The notes: generated by a model not told the origin, from the sequence alone. 64,000 bases of DNA from an uncultured Gammaproteobacteria bacterium (GCA_942492345.1 CALOEK010000002.1:400104-464103); one strand, 5' to 3'; counted from the stretch's first letter, positions 29,831 through 40,774 are shown. A program made the numbers and translations.

Positions 29831-30700
29831 CTAGCCGAGAAGAGCCAGTGCTGCTTCCATGTTGGCTGAAAGATCCTCTTCCTCTTCATCATCGTCCTGA
29901 GTTGGATTGATGCCGAGTCGGGCAAAGGCGGGAATAGTTGACCAATCCAGTTGCGTATAGGGGTGGTCGGTACCGGCATAACTTTGCAGGTTGGCGACGG
30001 TTACCAGATCAACAAAGTCAACTTTTTCGCTCTGGCGTTCAAAGTTCAGATATTGCTCGGGTACTTCGCAAAGTTCTGGAGAAAAATCCCAGGCTTTCAA
30101 TATCATGCTGCCTAGTTTTGGGTGTAGTTTGGCGATCACTTCATCCAATGTGTAGGCGTCATTGAGCAGGTCTTCATTTTCTTCTGCGAAACGCAAAATG
30201 GGTAATGCGCCAATCAAATGGGTAATGCCTGCCAGTGTGGCTTGTCCTGGTGATAGGCGTGTATTACCTTGAGCCAGCATATTGCACATACCGGCAACTT
30301 CTGTGCTGCGATTCCATACATCGCGCATTCTGCTGTCGATCAAATCAGTGGTCGCTTGAAACATTTGTGCCATCGCCAAGCCAACGGCCAAATCAGCCGA
30401 ATAACTCATGCCCAGGCGGTTGATTGCCATTTGCAGTGTTTCTACCGGTTGTGCAGCACGTAATAGTGGACTATTACAGACTTTAATAATACGCGCGGAA
30501 ATTGCCGCGTCGTTACTAATAACCCGGCTCAGATCAGCGACACATGCGTTATCATCCTGTGCTACCTCGCGAACGCGCAAGGAGACTTCCGGCAAAGTGG
30601 GCAGCACCAGGTGGTCTGAGGCAATGGCACTGATGATGTCGTTTTCAATAGTCTCGATTAGGTTGCTCATGGTGTCCGTTATATTGGTTCGTTTGAACAC
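29831..30700 (-). CDS. HDOD-domain signalling protein
   Basis: 289 aa with LPTLPEVSLRVREV...ADLSRVISNDAAISARIIKVCNSPL, typical of HDOD, and an acidic C-terminal tail. Confidence 0.8.
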   Translation of the reverse strand: MFKRTNITDTMSNLIETIENDIISAIASDHLVLPTLPEVSLRVREVAQDDNACVADLSRVISNDAAISARIIKVCNSPLLRAAQPVETLQMAINRLGMSYSADLAVGLAMAQMFQATTDLIDSRMRDVWNRSTEVAGMCNMLAQGNTRLSPGQATLAGITHLIGALPILRFAEENEDLLNDAYTLDEVIAKLHPKLGSMILKAWDFSPELCEVPEQYLNFERQSEKVDFVDLVTVANLQSYAGTDHPYTQLDWSTIPAFARLGINPTQDDDEEEEDLSANMEAALALLG

Positions 30701-30757
30701 AAGTATAGGAGCCTTTGCAAAAAACGTGATGCTGTTGGACTAAAAATTTTAATTTTT

Positions 30758-31837
30758 TTAAGACTTTTTTTCTTCATTCAAAGAGTAAGGTAGCGGGCAA
30801 GGAGTGGCTTCAATTTTCTGGCCCTTGTGCTGCATCATTAATGGGGTATTGTTATCCAGGTCTGCATTGACGACCAACAGCGCTTCCAGTGATGTGGTGC
30901 CATCGTTTCGGTGTGATAATGCGGCGCTAATTACGGTAGCAATCGTTTTATCGCTATCTGCTGCCTGTAATTCATCACCGGCTGTTAATATTTCAGCGCC
31001 GCTAAGACTAAAGCGTTGGGTGTGACGTTTGGATTTGCCTTTGTAATGGGTGCGGGCAACAATTTCCTGGCCGGTATAGCAGCCCTTATTGAAGCTGATC
31101 GCATCAACAGCCTGGAAGTTCACCATGTGAGGATTGAAAGCACTTTCTGTTTCCAGGCTGATTTCAGCAATGCCGCTGCGGATATCTTCCAGTAGCCATG
31201 CATGATTTTCTGTCGGGCTGGCTGTTGTGGTGAGGGCCTGCCAGGTGTCTGTGATGTGCTCGGCTTTAATCCAGCACTCAAAGCGAGCTTTGTCACCGGG
31301 TAGGCGGATAACAATAGCGGTCTCGCCGTGCACAGCTTGCCCGGATTGTTGCGGGATGCTGTCCAGTTTAAAGGTGGTTTGAATGAGTTGTTCAGCATTA
31401 TCACCCCAAACGCCGAGCCCCAGCCATTCGTCGCTGGCATCATGAAGTTTGGTTTTAAAAAAGACACTGTATTTGTGTAGTGTTTCATGGGTGAGTGAAA
31501 TCAGATTGCTGCGCATTCTTAGCAGATAGCCGGGTTCACTGTCGTTATCATTGGAGATTAAACGAAAGCTGCTGTACATCCGCCCCTGGGGGTTGCAGGC
31601 AGCGCCTAAGATAGATTGCTGAAGCGTGCTGCTATTAACGTTGCAGGTGAGTTGGCCCTGCAAAAATTTTCCGCTGTCGGGGCCGCAAATGCTTAATAAA
31701 CCCTGATAAAGTAACGGGGTGATAAAGGTGTTGTTTGATAATTCTGAGTTGTTAAAGGCGTCGATAAAAACGCTTTCTGAGCCGCTAAACTGTGCTTGTT
31801 GAGCAAGCAGTTGCTGCTGCCATTCGGATTTATTCAT
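30758..31837 (-). CDS. ygfZ: folate-binding Fe-S cluster repair / tRNA-modification protein YgfZ
   Basis: Hallmark KGCYTGQEIVAR motif. Start trimmed to the ATG (MNKSEW). Divergent from sdhE as in E. coli. Confidence 0.85.
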   Translation of the reverse strand: MNKSEWQQQLLAQQAQFSGSESVFIDAFNNSELSNNTFITPLLYQGLLSICGPDSGKFLQGQLTCNVNSSTLQQSILGAACNPQGRMYSSFRLISNDNDSEPGYLLRMRSNLISLTHETLHKYSVFFKTKLHDASDEWLGLGVWGDNAEQLIQTTFKLDSIPQQSGQAVHGETAIVIRLPGDKARFECWIKAEHITDTWQALTTTASPTENHAWLLEDIRSGIAEISLETESAFNPHMVNFQAVDAISFNKGCYTGQEIVARTHYKGKSKRHTQRFSLSGAEILTAGDELQAADSDKTIATVISAALSHRNDGTTSLEALLVVNADLDNNTPLMMQHKGQKIEATPCPLPYSLNEEKKS

Positions 31838-31944
31838 AAATAACTCGAGTTTCCCAAGGGGGCGGGGTGATACAGTAAGTGACAAGTCTGATCATCTATA
31901 TATAATTGATTTTCGATTTTTCAACCCATTTGAATGAGATAGAT

Positions 31945-32211
31945 ATGGCGGATGACGAGAAGTTTAAGCGTTTAATGTGGCACAGTCGACGTGGCATGTT
32001 GGAACTGGATTTGGTATTGATGCCGTTTCTAGAAAAATACTACGCGACTGTGAGTGAAGCCGATCAGGATCTCTATGAAAAATTATTAGAGAGCGAAGAT
32101 CAGGATTTGTTTAAATGGTTTCTTGGTAAGGATCAACCAGAGGACGAATCACTTCGTCATATCGTAAATGTCATTATCGATTGCGTGCGCGCCCCTAAAG
32201 GTAGCCGTTAA
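31945..32211 (+). CDS. sdhE: FAD assembly factor SdhE (YgfY/CptB)
   Basis: 88 aa from MADDEKF, with the RLMWHSRRGMLELD RGxxE motif. Confidence 0.9.
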   Translation: MADDEKFKRLMWHSRRGMLELDLVLMPFLEKYYATVSEADQDLYEKLLESEDQDLFKWFLGKDQPEDESLRHIVNVIIDCVRAPKGSR

Positions 32212-32620
32212 CCCGTCCAATCAACAGCGTTGGTTTCTGGTTATTGCCCACACGCTCGCGTTGTGGGGTATTCTTCTGTCTGGCCTTTATGTGCTACTGG
32301 CGGGCTTAATTGTCAGTTTTTCTTTTTACCTGTGGAGCGGCTTTTGGCGTCATGGCGTGCAAATACTGCAATTGCATGATGAGTACTGCTGGCTGGAAAG
32401 TGATCAAGCTGCTCGGCAGGAATACCAGTTAGGCAAGCGTCACTTTGTCAGTGATTTGCTGGTGGTTGTGCAACTACGATCACAATATCAGTATTTTGCG
32501 CGTTCGCGCTATTTAGTTATCTTTTCCGATGCGGTACATGCAGATGTGTTTAGGCAATTGCGGGTAGCGTTGTGTCTGAGTCAGCCGGATGAGCGTGCCA
32601 GTTCGGTGGTGTCAGAATAG
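32168..32620 (+). CDS. ygfX: YgfX (CptA)-like two-TM membrane protein
   Basis: Lies immediately after sdhE. It has two N-terminal TM helices and then a soluble domain, as in E. coli YgfX. The start is uncertain (the ORF overlaps sdhE by 44 nt). Confidence 0.6.
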   Translation: MSLSIACAPLKVAVNPSNQQRWFLVIAHTLALWGILLSGLYVLLAGLIVSFSFYLWSGFWRHGVQILQLHDEYCWLESDQAARQEYQLGKRHFVSDLLVVVQLRSQYQYFARSRYLVIFSDAVHADVFRQLRVALCLSQPDERASSVVSE

Positions 32621-34193
32621 TATTTTCTGGCAGCGTCGCAAGGTTGGGATAGTCCAGTGTGTAGTGTAGTCCGCGGCTTTCCTTGCGAGCCATTGCAGAC
32701 TGAATAATCAGATCTGCAACGCAAATTAGATTCCGTAGTTCCAGTAGATCATTGCTGACTTTGTAGTTGCTATAGTATTCGGCGATTTCGCTTTTCAAAA
32801 GGGCGATACGGTGATCGGCGCGCTGCAAACGTTTATCTGTGCGTACAATACCCACGTAATCCCACATAAAGCGGCGTAATTCATCCCAGTTGTGAGAAAT
32901 AATCACATCTTCATCAGAATCCGTTACCTGGCTTTCATCCCAGTCCGGTGCCTGTACAGGCTCCTCAGTTTGCTCAAAATTAGCCAGAATATCGTTGGCG
33001 GCAGCGTCAGCAAAAACCAGGCACTCTAATAGCGAGTTACTGGCCAGGCGATTAGCGCCATGGAAGCCAGTGAAGGCGGTTTCTCCAATGGCATACAGCT
33101 GGGCGACATCGGTGCGCCCTCGCAGATCAGTCATGACACCACCGCAGGTGTAATGGGCTGCGGGAACGACTGGAATGGCTTCGCGGGTGATGTCGATACC
33201 AAATTTCAAGCAGCGTTTATGGATGGTGGGGAAGTGCTCGAGAATAAAGTCATCGGGTTTGTGGCTAATATCCAGATACAGGTGGTCGCAGCCCAGACGT
33301 TTCATCTCATGGTCAATGGCTCGTGCCACAATATCTCTGGGCGCAAGTTCACCGCGGCTGTCAAAATCATCCATAAAGCGTTCGCCGTTGGGTAGTTTCA
33401 ATAATGCCCCTTCGCCGCGTAATGCTTCACTGATTAAAAAAGATTTGGCCTGCGGGTGATATAGGCAGGTGGGGTGAAACTGATTGAATTCCATGTTGGC
33501 TACTCGACAGCCTGCTCGCCAAGCCATCGCGATGCCGTCACCACTGTTGCCATCTGGATTGCTGGTGTACAGGTAGCTTTTGCTGGCACCACCTGAGGCG
33601 ATAACCACAAAACGAGCCTGGAATAACTCAACGCTGTCGTTGTGGCGGTTCAGTACGTAGGCACCTAAACAGCCGCTGCCTCTGAGGGCGAGCTTTTCTC
33701 GTGTAATTAGATCGATGGCAACACGATGTTCGAAAAGATCGATGTTGCTGTGTTGTTTTACCCGCTTAATCAGTGTCGTGGAAATGGCGCGTCCGGTGGC
33801 GTCGGCGGCATGAATAATGCGGCGGTGGCTATGACCACCTTCCTTGGTTAGGTGGAAACCACCGGTGCTGTTATCGGCATCCTCGGTAAAGGGTACGCCC
33901 TGTTCGATTAACCAGTCGATGCAGGCTTTGCTTTGGCCAACGGTAAAGCGCACCGCATCGCTGTCACAGAGACCGGCTCCGGCATTTAAAGTGTCTTCGA
34001 CGTGTGCTTCGACGGTGTCCGAACTGTCGATTACTCCGGCAACTCCGCCCTGTGCATAATAGGTTGAGCCACCGGTTGCGCTGTCTTTGCAGAGCAGCGC
34101 AACCCGTAAGTTGTCGGCTAGCTTGAGCGCTAAAGTGAGGCCCGCTGCGCCACTGCCGATAACCAGAACGTCATGTTGAAAATGTTGTGTCAT
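32550..34193 (-). CDS. nadB: L-aspartate oxidase
   Basis: [15 protein letters not shown] site and fumarate-reductase-like flavoprotein motifs. Start trimmed to MTQHFQHD. Divergent from rpoE as in E. coli. Confidence 0.95.
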   Translation of the reverse strand: MTQHFQHDVLVIGSGAAGLTLALKLADNLRVALLCKDSATGGSTYYAQGGVAGVIDSSDTVEAHVEDTLNAGAGLCDSDAVRFTVGQSKACIDWLIEQGVPFTEDADNSTGGFHLTKEGGHSHRRIIHAADATGRAISTTLIKRVKQHSNIDLFEHRVAIDLITREKLALRGSGCLGAYVLNRHNDSVELFQARFVVIASGGASKSYLYTSNPDGNSGDGIAMAWRAGCRVANMEFNQFHPTCLYHPQAKSFLISEALRGEGALLKLPNGERFMDDFDSRGELAPRDIVARAIDHEMKRLGCDHLYLDISHKPDDFILEHFPTIHKRCLKFGIDITREAIPVVPAAHYTCGGVMTDLRGRTDVAQLYAIGETAFTGFHGANRLASNSLLECLVFADAAANDILANFEQTEEPVQAPDWDESQVTDSDEDVIISHNWDELRRFMWDYVGIVRTDKRLQRADHRIALLKSEIAEYYSNYKVSNDLLELRNLICVADLIIQSAMARKESRGLHYTLDYPNLATLPENTILTPPNWHAHPADSDTTLPAIA

Positions 34194-34482
34194 AATTAGG
34201 AAAGGTACTAATCGAAGCAATGGGCGGTTAAAGCCCGGTGAGGTTGCCTTTTAATACCATATTAAAGGGGATATTGTCTCGGATATTTTACACGGTTTAT
34301 TGTTAGGCAGGGGGTTTTGAGCGCTAAAGAAGCGTATGGGTTTATGAGCGTATCAGTGTGATCTAGGCTATAATGGACATCGTTTTTAGACTTTTCAAAG
34401 CAGAATGGGGTTGCGTCTAAAGCCCCATTTTTCGTGTTCTAAGCACTTTTATAAAAAAAGCGTAAACTTTTTGTCATTTTGA

Positions 34483-34509
34483 GAACTTTTGGGACAGTAG
34501 ATGGTCTAT
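34483..34509 (+). promoter_or_regulatory. sigma-E-dependent (autoregulated) rpoE promoter
   Basis: GAACTT, 16 nt, TCTAT. The string GAGAACTTTTG...GTCTATC closely recalls the algU/rpoE sigma-E-type promoters. Confidence 0.65.
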
Positions 34510-34583
34510 CGCACACAGTTTGGCTCGCCTGTTGTAACGTGTATGCATTTCAGCGAACGGGTATGGCGTAGCTCGGAGCGGGA

Positions 34584-35165
34584 ATGTTGAACGAACAACA
34601 GGTGACTGATAAGCAGTTAGTCGCGCGTGTCCAAAAAGGGGACAAGCGTGCCTTTGATCTGTTGGTTCTCAAATACCAGCATAAGATCTTTGGTTTGATC
34701 AGTCGTTACATTAAAGATCATCACGAGGTGATGGACGTTGCTCAGGAGGCATTTATTAAAGCCTATCGTGCAATTGGCCGCTTTCGCGGCGATAGTGCTT
34801 TTTACACGTGGTTGTACCGGATTGCCATTAATACAGCCAAAAACCATTTGGTATCTCGTAGCCGTCGTCCACCTGATACTGATGTGGATGTGGCGGATGC
34901 CGAGTATTATGAAAGCGCCAGTAGGTTAAAGGATAATTCGTCTCCCTATGAGGAGGTGCATAAGCAGGAGTTGGAAGCTGCTGTGTTCAAGGCAATTGAA
35001 CAATTGCCAGAGGATTTGAAAGCCGCGGTGACGTTACGTGAGTTTGATGGAATGAGCTATGAAGAGATTGCCGAGGTCATGCAGTGCCCGGTGGGCACGG
35101 TGCGATCAAGAATTTTCAGAGCGCGTGAATCAATTGATAAACATATCAGTCATTTAATTGACTAA
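34584..35165 (+). CDS. rpoE: RNA polymerase sigma factor RpoE/AlgU
   Basis: 193 aa with LVARVQKGDKRAFDLLVLKYQHKI and a region 4 HTH. Confidence 0.97.
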   Translation: MLNEQQVTDKQLVARVQKGDKRAFDLLVLKYQHKIFGLISRYIKDHHEVMDVAQEAFIKAYRAIGRFRGDSAFYTWLYRIAINTAKNHLVSRSRRPPDTDVDVADAEYYESASRLKDNSSPYEEVHKQELEAAVFKAIEQLPEDLKAAVTLREFDGMSYEEIAEVMQCPVGTVRSRIFRARESIDKHISHLID

Positions 35166-35214
35166 GTCTATAGAGAGGCGTGTTTCATGCCAGTAAAAAA
35201 AGAGGCGAGGACGG

Positions 35215-35796
35215 ATGAGCGATAGTTTGCGTGAATCGATTTCAGCATTAGTAGATGATGAAGCGCAGGAGCTTGAACTCCACCGCGTATTGGCGAGTAT
35301 GGAAGGCGATGAAGAGTTAAGACAGACTTGGCGACGATATCAGACCGCTAGCTTTACAATGAAACGTCAAATGGATTGTCGGTTTAATCTGGATATCAGT
35401 GAACAAGTTTCTGCTGCGCTAGCCGATGAGCCGGCCGTTGAGATGGACGTGCCGATTGAGAAGTCTCGATTTGGTCGTGTATTAAAACCTGTGCTCAGCA
35501 TGGCGGTGGCTGCTTCAGCCGCCTTTTTGGTGATTTTTGCTGTGCAACTGGGGGGACAGAACGAAGTTGGTGAGCAGGTTGCGGCGGGAGAGCAGCCTCT
35601 GACCACTACTTTGGTTGCTGGTGTTAAGGTATCAAATGAACATCTGGCAACGGTTGGCTCTGAGGTGATGACGCCTGTAGAGAAACGCCTGCAGTCTTTA
35701 ATTGAAAACCATACTCAACAGGCCAGCATGTCTCAAAATCGAGGTGTCATGCCCTATACGACACTTGTAGATAGTCAGGAATCTCAAGGTTATTAA
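35215..35796 (+). CDS. rseA: anti-sigma-E factor RseA/MucA
   Basis: N-terminal SALVDDE motif, a single TM segment and operon position. Confidence 0.88.
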   Translation: MSDSLRESISALVDDEAQELELHRVLASMEGDEELRQTWRRYQTASFTMKRQMDCRFNLDISEQVSAALADEPAVEMDVPIEKSRFGRVLKPVLSMAVAASAAFLVIFAVQLGGQNEVGEQVAAGEQPLTTTLVAGVKVSNEHLATVGSEVMTPVEKRLQSLIENHTQQASMSQNRGVMPYTTLVDSQESQGY

Positions 35797-35797
35797 G

Positions 35798-36826
35798 GTG
35801 CTTAAACCCGTGCTACCTATCGTTAAAAATGCTCTGAAATTCCTGTGTTGTAGCGCGTTAGTCGGGGTTTTTGTTTTTGCAGCTCCTGCTTCTGCCGAGG
35901 AGCCTCGTGCCTGGTTGGTGCGTATGTCCGAAGCCTTCGCTACCCAAAACTATGATGGCGTGTTCGTTTATAGCCATGGCGCCAGTATGGAGACGTTACG
36001 TATCATACATAGCGTAAAAGAGGGTGTTGAACGAGAGCGTATTGTGCGCCTTGATGGTCCCGTCCAAGAAATTATTCGGCAGGACGGTAAAGTCACCTGT
36101 GTTCATGGTAGTGATTGGAACGGCAATATTAATCATAAAATTCCTCTTGGTCCTTTTGCGCGTGCTTTTGTGCGAGACATGAGTGAGTTAGGTAATAGCT
36201 ACCAGCTTGTTGAAAAGGGTAATGGCCGCGTTGCAGGCCGCGAAGCTCGCGTGTTACTGATTCAGCCTAGCGATGATTATCGATATGGTTATCGCATTTG
36301 GCTAGATGAAGAAACGGGACTATTGCTAAAATCTGTTTTGGTGCATCGTGGCAAAGTGCTGGAGCGTTTTCAGTTTACCCGGTTGAATATTGCCGGTGAT
36401 ATAGATGAGGCAGTCCTTGAAGTGGGTATTGCTGGTGAAACCATGGTGCATTATCCATTGTTGAGCCATGACGATAGCCTGGTTGAAAGTAAACCGCTGG
36501 GCTGGGCTTTGAGCTGGCTGCCTGAGGGCTTTGAAATGCGCATGCAAGGGTCGCATCCAAAGCATGAAGATGGCACAGGTGCTGATACCATTACCTATAC
36601 AGATGGCATGGCGGCTTTTTCGGTTTTTATCGAAAAAATCGTTAACCAAAAATATGAAGAAGTCACTGCTCAAAAAGGTGCTACGGTAGCTGTGACACGT
36701 ATTGTGAATTACCCGGAAGGTGACCATCTAGTGACGGTCGTCGGTGAAATACCCATGAAAACGGCTAAGCGTATTGCCCTTTCTGTTGCGCCTACGGTTG
36801 TTGCCTCCTCTGACGGTGTAGAATAG
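35798..36826 (+). CDS. rseB: sigma-E regulatory protein RseB/MucB
   Basis: 342 aa with a signal peptide and the MucB_RseB pattern (W...M..A....NY.G.FVY). GTG start. Confidence 0.9.
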   Translation: MLKPVLPIVKNALKFLCCSALVGVFVFAAPASAEEPRAWLVRMSEAFATQNYDGVFVYSHGASMETLRIIHSVKEGVERERIVRLDGPVQEIIRQDGKVTCVHGSDWNGNINHKIPLGPFARAFVRDMSELGNSYQLVEKGNGRVAGREARVLLIQPSDDYRYGYRIWLDEETGLLLKSVLVHRGKVLERFQFTRLNIAGDIDEAVLEVGIAGETMVHYPLLSHDDSLVESKPLGWALSWLPEGFEMRMQGSHPKHEDGTGADTITYTDGMAAFSVFIEKIVNQKYEEVTAQKGATVAVTRIVNYPEGDHLVTVVGEIPMKTAKRIALSVAPTVVASSDGVE

Positions 36827-36834
36827 TTGCCGTT

Positions 36835-37314
36835 ATGATTGAAGAGTCAGGCCGCGTTGTCGCGGTTGAAGGCGATAACGTCTGGATTGAAACGATTCGA
36901 ACGAGTAGCTGTTCTGGTTGCTCGGCTCGTTCTGGCTGTGGTCAGGGACTGTTAGCTAAAGTAAAAGATGGCACTCGCAGCCATATTTGCTTGCAAACTG
37001 TTCTTAAGCTAGCGGTGGATGATGAGGTGATTCTTGGTTTGCCGGAACAGGCGTTTATTCGCTCTTCATTCCTGGCCTATGGTTTTCCCCTTCTAACGCT
37101 GATTGTTGCCGTGCTATTGGCAGATGCTGCCTTTGAATTGGCTGAACCCTGGATTATTGTTGCAGCATTGCTGGGGCTTGCTGCGGGGTTTGTTGTTGTA
37201 CGGTTGATTAGCCAGCTCGGCGTGGCACGCGATGATTTTCAACCTGAGATTCTTCGCACTATTCCTGCTATGACGCAGGGGCAGCCAGTTAAGACCGATT
37301 GCCCCATCACTTAA
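36835..37314 (+). CDS. rseC: RseC/MucC (SoxR-reducing system) protein
   Basis: 159 aa with CSGCSARSGCG and two TM helices. Confidence 0.85.
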   Translation: MIEESGRVVAVEGDNVWIETIRTSSCSGCSARSGCGQGLLAKVKDGTRSHICLQTVLKLAVDDEVILGLPEQAFIRSSFLAYGFPLLTLIVAVLLADAAFELAEPWIIVAALLGLAAGFVVVRLISQLGVARDDFQPEILRTIPAMTQGQPVKTDCPIT

Positions 37315-37317
37315 TTT

Positions 37318-37785
37318 CTACAGTGCTTTGACGGCCTCAAGTACTTCCTCTGCATGACCTTTTACTTTGACCTTGCGCCATTCTTGGCGTAATACGCCCT
37401 CCCTGTCGATTAAAAACGTACTGCGTTCAATGCCCATGTGTTTTTTGCCGTACATGTTTTTTTCCTTAATGACATCAAACAGCTGGCACAGCGATTCCTC
37501 CGGGTCGGTAATCAACTCAAAGGGGAATTCTTGTTTGGCTTTGAAGTTTTCATGAGAGCGGATTTTGTCGCGTGATACGCCGAATATAACGGTATCCAAT
37601 TCATTGAATTGCGTGTAAAGGTCTCGGAAGTCTTGCCCTTCGGTCGTACAGCCAGGCGTGCTGTCCTTGGGGTAAAAGTAAATAACAATATTGTTACCTT
37701 TCAGGGCTGAAAGAGACACTTCGACATCGCTGGTGGCGGTTGCGGTAAAGTCTGTGACAGGGCTGTTTAAGGTTACGTCGGTCAT
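37318..37785 (-). CDS. bcp: peroxiredoxin Bcp
   Basis: 155 aa with the FYPKDSTPGCTTE active site. Confidence 0.93.
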   Translation of the reverse strand: MTDVTLNSPVTDFTATATSDVEVSLSALKGNNIVIYFYPKDSTPGCTTEGQDFRDLYTQFNELDTVIFGVSRDKIRSHENFKAKQEFPFELITDPEESLCQLFDVIKEKNMYGKKHMGIERSTFLIDREGVLRQEWRKVKVKGHAEEVLEAVKAL

Positions 37786-37966
37786 GGTTTTTAAATCCTC
37801 AACGGGGTGTTCCGTTATTTTATCATTTGTTCATGAATGGCTATTTTGTGGTCGATTTTCGCCGCTACTTACTGATAGCCGTCCCTACAATTTAAAGGGC
37901 TACGCTTGTGATTACAGGTTGCCGCGATTACTATAGCAGCTTATTTTTCGGCCGGAGTAAGAGTAA

Positions 37967-38842
37967 ATGATTGTCGGTAGTATTGTAGCGATTGTAACAC
38001 CGATGGATAGCACTGGAGCCATTGATTGGCAGGCGCTTGAGCGGTTAGTGGATTTCCATATTGATAATGGCACAAACGCTATTGTCGCTGTTGGCACAAC
38101 TGGTGAATCCGCCACCTTGCCAGTGGATGAGCATATGGAAGTGTTACGTCAGGTTGTTTCTCGCGCCAATGGTCGCATCCCAATTATTGCCGGTTCAGGC
38201 GCCAACTCCACAAGTGAAGCGCTGGAGCTGACAGAAATGGCAAAAGGCGCAAATGCTGATGCCTGTCTGATCGTTACGCCTTACTACAACAAACCTTCAC
38301 AGGAAGGTTTGTATCAGCACTACAAACTGATTGCTGATTCAGTTGATATCCCGCAGATTCTTTATAACGTGCCCGGCCGCACGGGCTGTGACATGTTGCC
38401 TGATACGATTGCTCGTTTGGCTTCTCACCCGAATATTGTTGGTCATAAAGAAGCGACCGGCGATCTGTCGCGCGCTAAAGAGTTGATTGAGCGTAGCGGC
38501 GACCAAGTAGCCATGTATTCCGGTGATGACGCGACAGCCGCTGAATTTATTCTGTTGGGCGGCAAAGGTAATATTTCCGTGACGGCTAACGTTGCTCCCA
38601 GGAAAATGTCTGATCTGTGTGCCGCTGCACTGCGCGGTGATGCTGAAACAGCGCGCCGTATTAGTGCTGAGCTGGAAGCCTTGAATACAGACTTGTTCAT
38701 CGAAGCAAATCCTATTCCTGTGAAGTGGGCGTTACATGAAATGGGGCTGATCCAACAGGGGCAGCGTCTGCCTCTGACTACCTTAGATTCTCAATATCAT
38801 GACATCGTTCGTGAAGCGCTTCGTAAAGGCGGCGTACTTTAA
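37967..38842 (+). CDS. dapA: 4-hydroxy-tetrahydrodipicolinate synthase
   Basis: 291 aa with [16 protein letters not shown] and YNVPGRTG motifs. Confidence 0.96.
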   Translation: MIVGSIVAIVTPMDSTGAIDWQALERLVDFHIDNGTNAIVAVGTTGESATLPVDEHMEVLRQVVSRANGRIPIIAGSGANSTSEALELTEMAKGANADACLIVTPYYNKPSQEGLYQHYKLIADSVDIPQILYNVPGRTGCDMLPDTIARLASHPNIVGHKEATGDLSRAKELIERSGDQVAMYSGDDATAAEFILLGGKGNISVTANVAPRKMSDLCAAALRGDAETARRISAELEALNTDLFIEANPIPVKWALHEMGLIQQGQRLPLTTLDSQYHDIVREALRKGGVL

Positions 38843-38884
38843 TTCCAGTTCATTTTTCGGTTAACAGACTTCAGGAAACAATTC

Positions 38885-39958
38885 ATGAAATTGACCCGTA
38901 CATTGGCCTTGGCAACACAGGGTGTTTTAATCCTAACCTTGAGTGGTTGCGGCTGGTTAACAGGTGAAGATGGGTTGATTAGAGACAGCCGTGAAGACTA
39001 TCGTCAGGCTCAGGTAACCGAGCCTCTGGAATTACCAGCGGAGGCTGACAAACAAGCCATCCGTGAGCTCTATTACATCCCTGGAGCGGGTCAAACGTTG
39101 GCTTTTCAGGGAGATGAGTTCAAGGTGCCACGTCCTGATATGCAAGCAGCGGCTGGGCCTAAAGAGCTAAAAGCTTACAAGTCAGATAATGAACACTGGA
39201 TCGTATTGGACGGCACGCCGGAAGAAGTTTGGGGGCGTGTACGCAGTTTCTGGGAAGTTAACGGTATCGGTCTCGAAAAAGAAATCCCTTTCCGAGGTTT
39301 GATGGAAACGGTTTGGTTAAAGCGTAATAACGAGGGATATATTACGCGTGATAAATTCCGCGTGATTGTTGAGCATGGTTTACAAAAAGGTCTGTCTGAA
39401 GTCCACATTAGACACTTAGGCTATGACTTCGAAACAGCAGAAATTCCTTCCCAGGAACTTAATTGGGATGCGGCCAAAGCCGGCGATCAATTGACGTTGG
39501 CCATGACCCAGGAACTATCTTCTTTTCTCATTGAAACAAAAGGTCGCGCTGCGTCAGCTTCGTTGTTGGCGCAAAAGTTTGTTGGTAAACCTAAATCTTC
39601 CTTTAGTGAAAATGCACAAGGTGAGTGGGTAATTGACCTGGACCTCAGTTATGCACGCGCCTGGAACGCCGTGGGTAAAGCCATTGATGCCGCTGGTTTT
39701 GAGCTGGAGGATCGTAATCGCGATGTGGGGTTGTATCATCTGCTGGTTACTACCGGTGAAAAAGAAACTAAAAAGGGCGGTTTCTTCTCTTTCCTTTCTT
39801 TTGGCAGTGATGATGACGAATCAGTGACACATAAAGTGACGGTTCGTGTAAAACCTGTTTTAGGAAAAGTGCAGGCCTTTATCAGCGAGCATGACGACAG
39901 TCTGAATGCACCGCTCCGTAAAGATGTGATGAACCGTATTAAGAACCAGCTGATTTAA
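38885..39958 (+). CDS. bamC: outer-membrane protein assembly factor BamC (NlpB) lipoprotein
   Basis: LTLSGC lipobox, two helix-grip-like repeats (VWGRVRSFWEVNG / AWNAVGKAIDAAGF) and synteny after dapA. Confidence 0.85.
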   Translation: MKLTRTLALATQGVLILTLSGCGWLTGEDGLIRDSREDYRQAQVTEPLELPAEADKQAIRELYYIPGAGQTLAFQGDEFKVPRPDMQAAAGPKELKAYKSDNEHWIVLDGTPEEVWGRVRSFWEVNGIGLEKEIPFRGLMETVWLKRNNEGYITRDKFRVIVEHGLQKGLSEVHIRHLGYDFETAEIPSQELNWDAAKAGDQLTLAMTQELSSFLIETKGRAASASLLAQKFVGKPKSSFSENAQGEWVIDLDLSYARAWNAVGKAIDAAGFELEDRNRDVGLYHLLVTTGEKETKKGGFFSFLSFGSDDDESVTHKVTVRVKPVLGKVQAFISEHDDSLNAPLRKDVMNRIKNQLI

Positions 39959-39972
39959 TCTGTTCAAGTAAT

Positions 39973-40746
39973 ATGCGCTTTGCCTCATTGGGCAGTGGTA
40001 GTAAGGGCAATGCGACGCTGATTGAAACAGCGGATGCTTGTTTGCTGCTTGATTGTGGTTTTACGGTTAAGGAAACCGAGGCCCGTCTGCAACGCTTGGG
40101 TAAAAGTGGTCACGACCTTAGCGCCATTCTTGTTACCCACGAACACAGCGATCACATCAAGGGTGTGGGCGCTTTGGCCCGAAAATACCAATTACCTGTT
40201 TATCTCACCGCAGGCACCTTTCACAAGGGCCGACTCGGCAACTTGCCGCAACTTGAAACCATTAACTGTCATCAGTCCTTTGAAATTAATGGTATTGAAG
40301 TGCAGCCTGTCCCCGTGCCGCATGATGCTCGCGAGCCATGCCAATACGTGTTTCAGAACGGCAATAAAAAACTGGGCGTGCTTACTGATCTGGGGAGTTT
40401 AACGCCCCATGTTGAAAAGCATTACAGCGGTTTGGATGCGTTGGTGCTGGAGTGTAATTACGACCCGCAAATGCTGGAAGAAGGCCCTTACCCTTTTCAA
40501 CTCAAACAACGTATTTTTAGTGATTACGGCCACCTCAGTAATGGTCAGGCGGCGCAGTTGTTGACTCGAATTGAAAAGAATAAGTTGCAGCACTTGGTGC
40601 TGTCGCACCTTAGCCAACAAAATAATTGTGCAAAGTTAGCTCGCGACATGATTGAAAAAATAATGGATGGCATGTCTTTTAGTGGCCCTGAGGGCTTTGC
40701 GGTGGCCTGTCAGGATGAGGGCTTCGGTTGGCGAGTGATTATCTAA
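39973..40746 (+). CDS. MBL-fold metallo-hydrolase
   Basis: 257 aa with LVTHEHSDH. It follows bamC as in pseudomonads. Confidence 0.85.
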   Translation: MRFASLGSGSKGNATLIETADACLLLDCGFTVKETEARLQRLGKSGHDLSAILVTHEHSDHIKGVGALARKYQLPVYLTAGTFHKGRLGNLPQLETINCHQSFEINGIEVQPVPVPHDAREPCQYVFQNGNKKLGVLTDLGSLTPHVEKHYSGLDALVLECNYDPQMLEEGPYPFQLKQRIFSDYGHLSNGQAAQLLTRIEKNKLQHLVLSHLSQQNNCAKLARDMIEKIMDGMSFSGPEGFAVACQDEGFGWRVII

Positions 40747-40774
40747 AGCGTATTCTCGCTAGTGTGTTTAATGA

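Noticed and set aside
37786-37966. Possible lysine riboswitch upstream of dapA.
   Set aside because: The 180-nt region shows no L-box-like conserved helices or the characteristic G-rich junctions. It looks like an ordinary divergent bcp/dapA promoter region.
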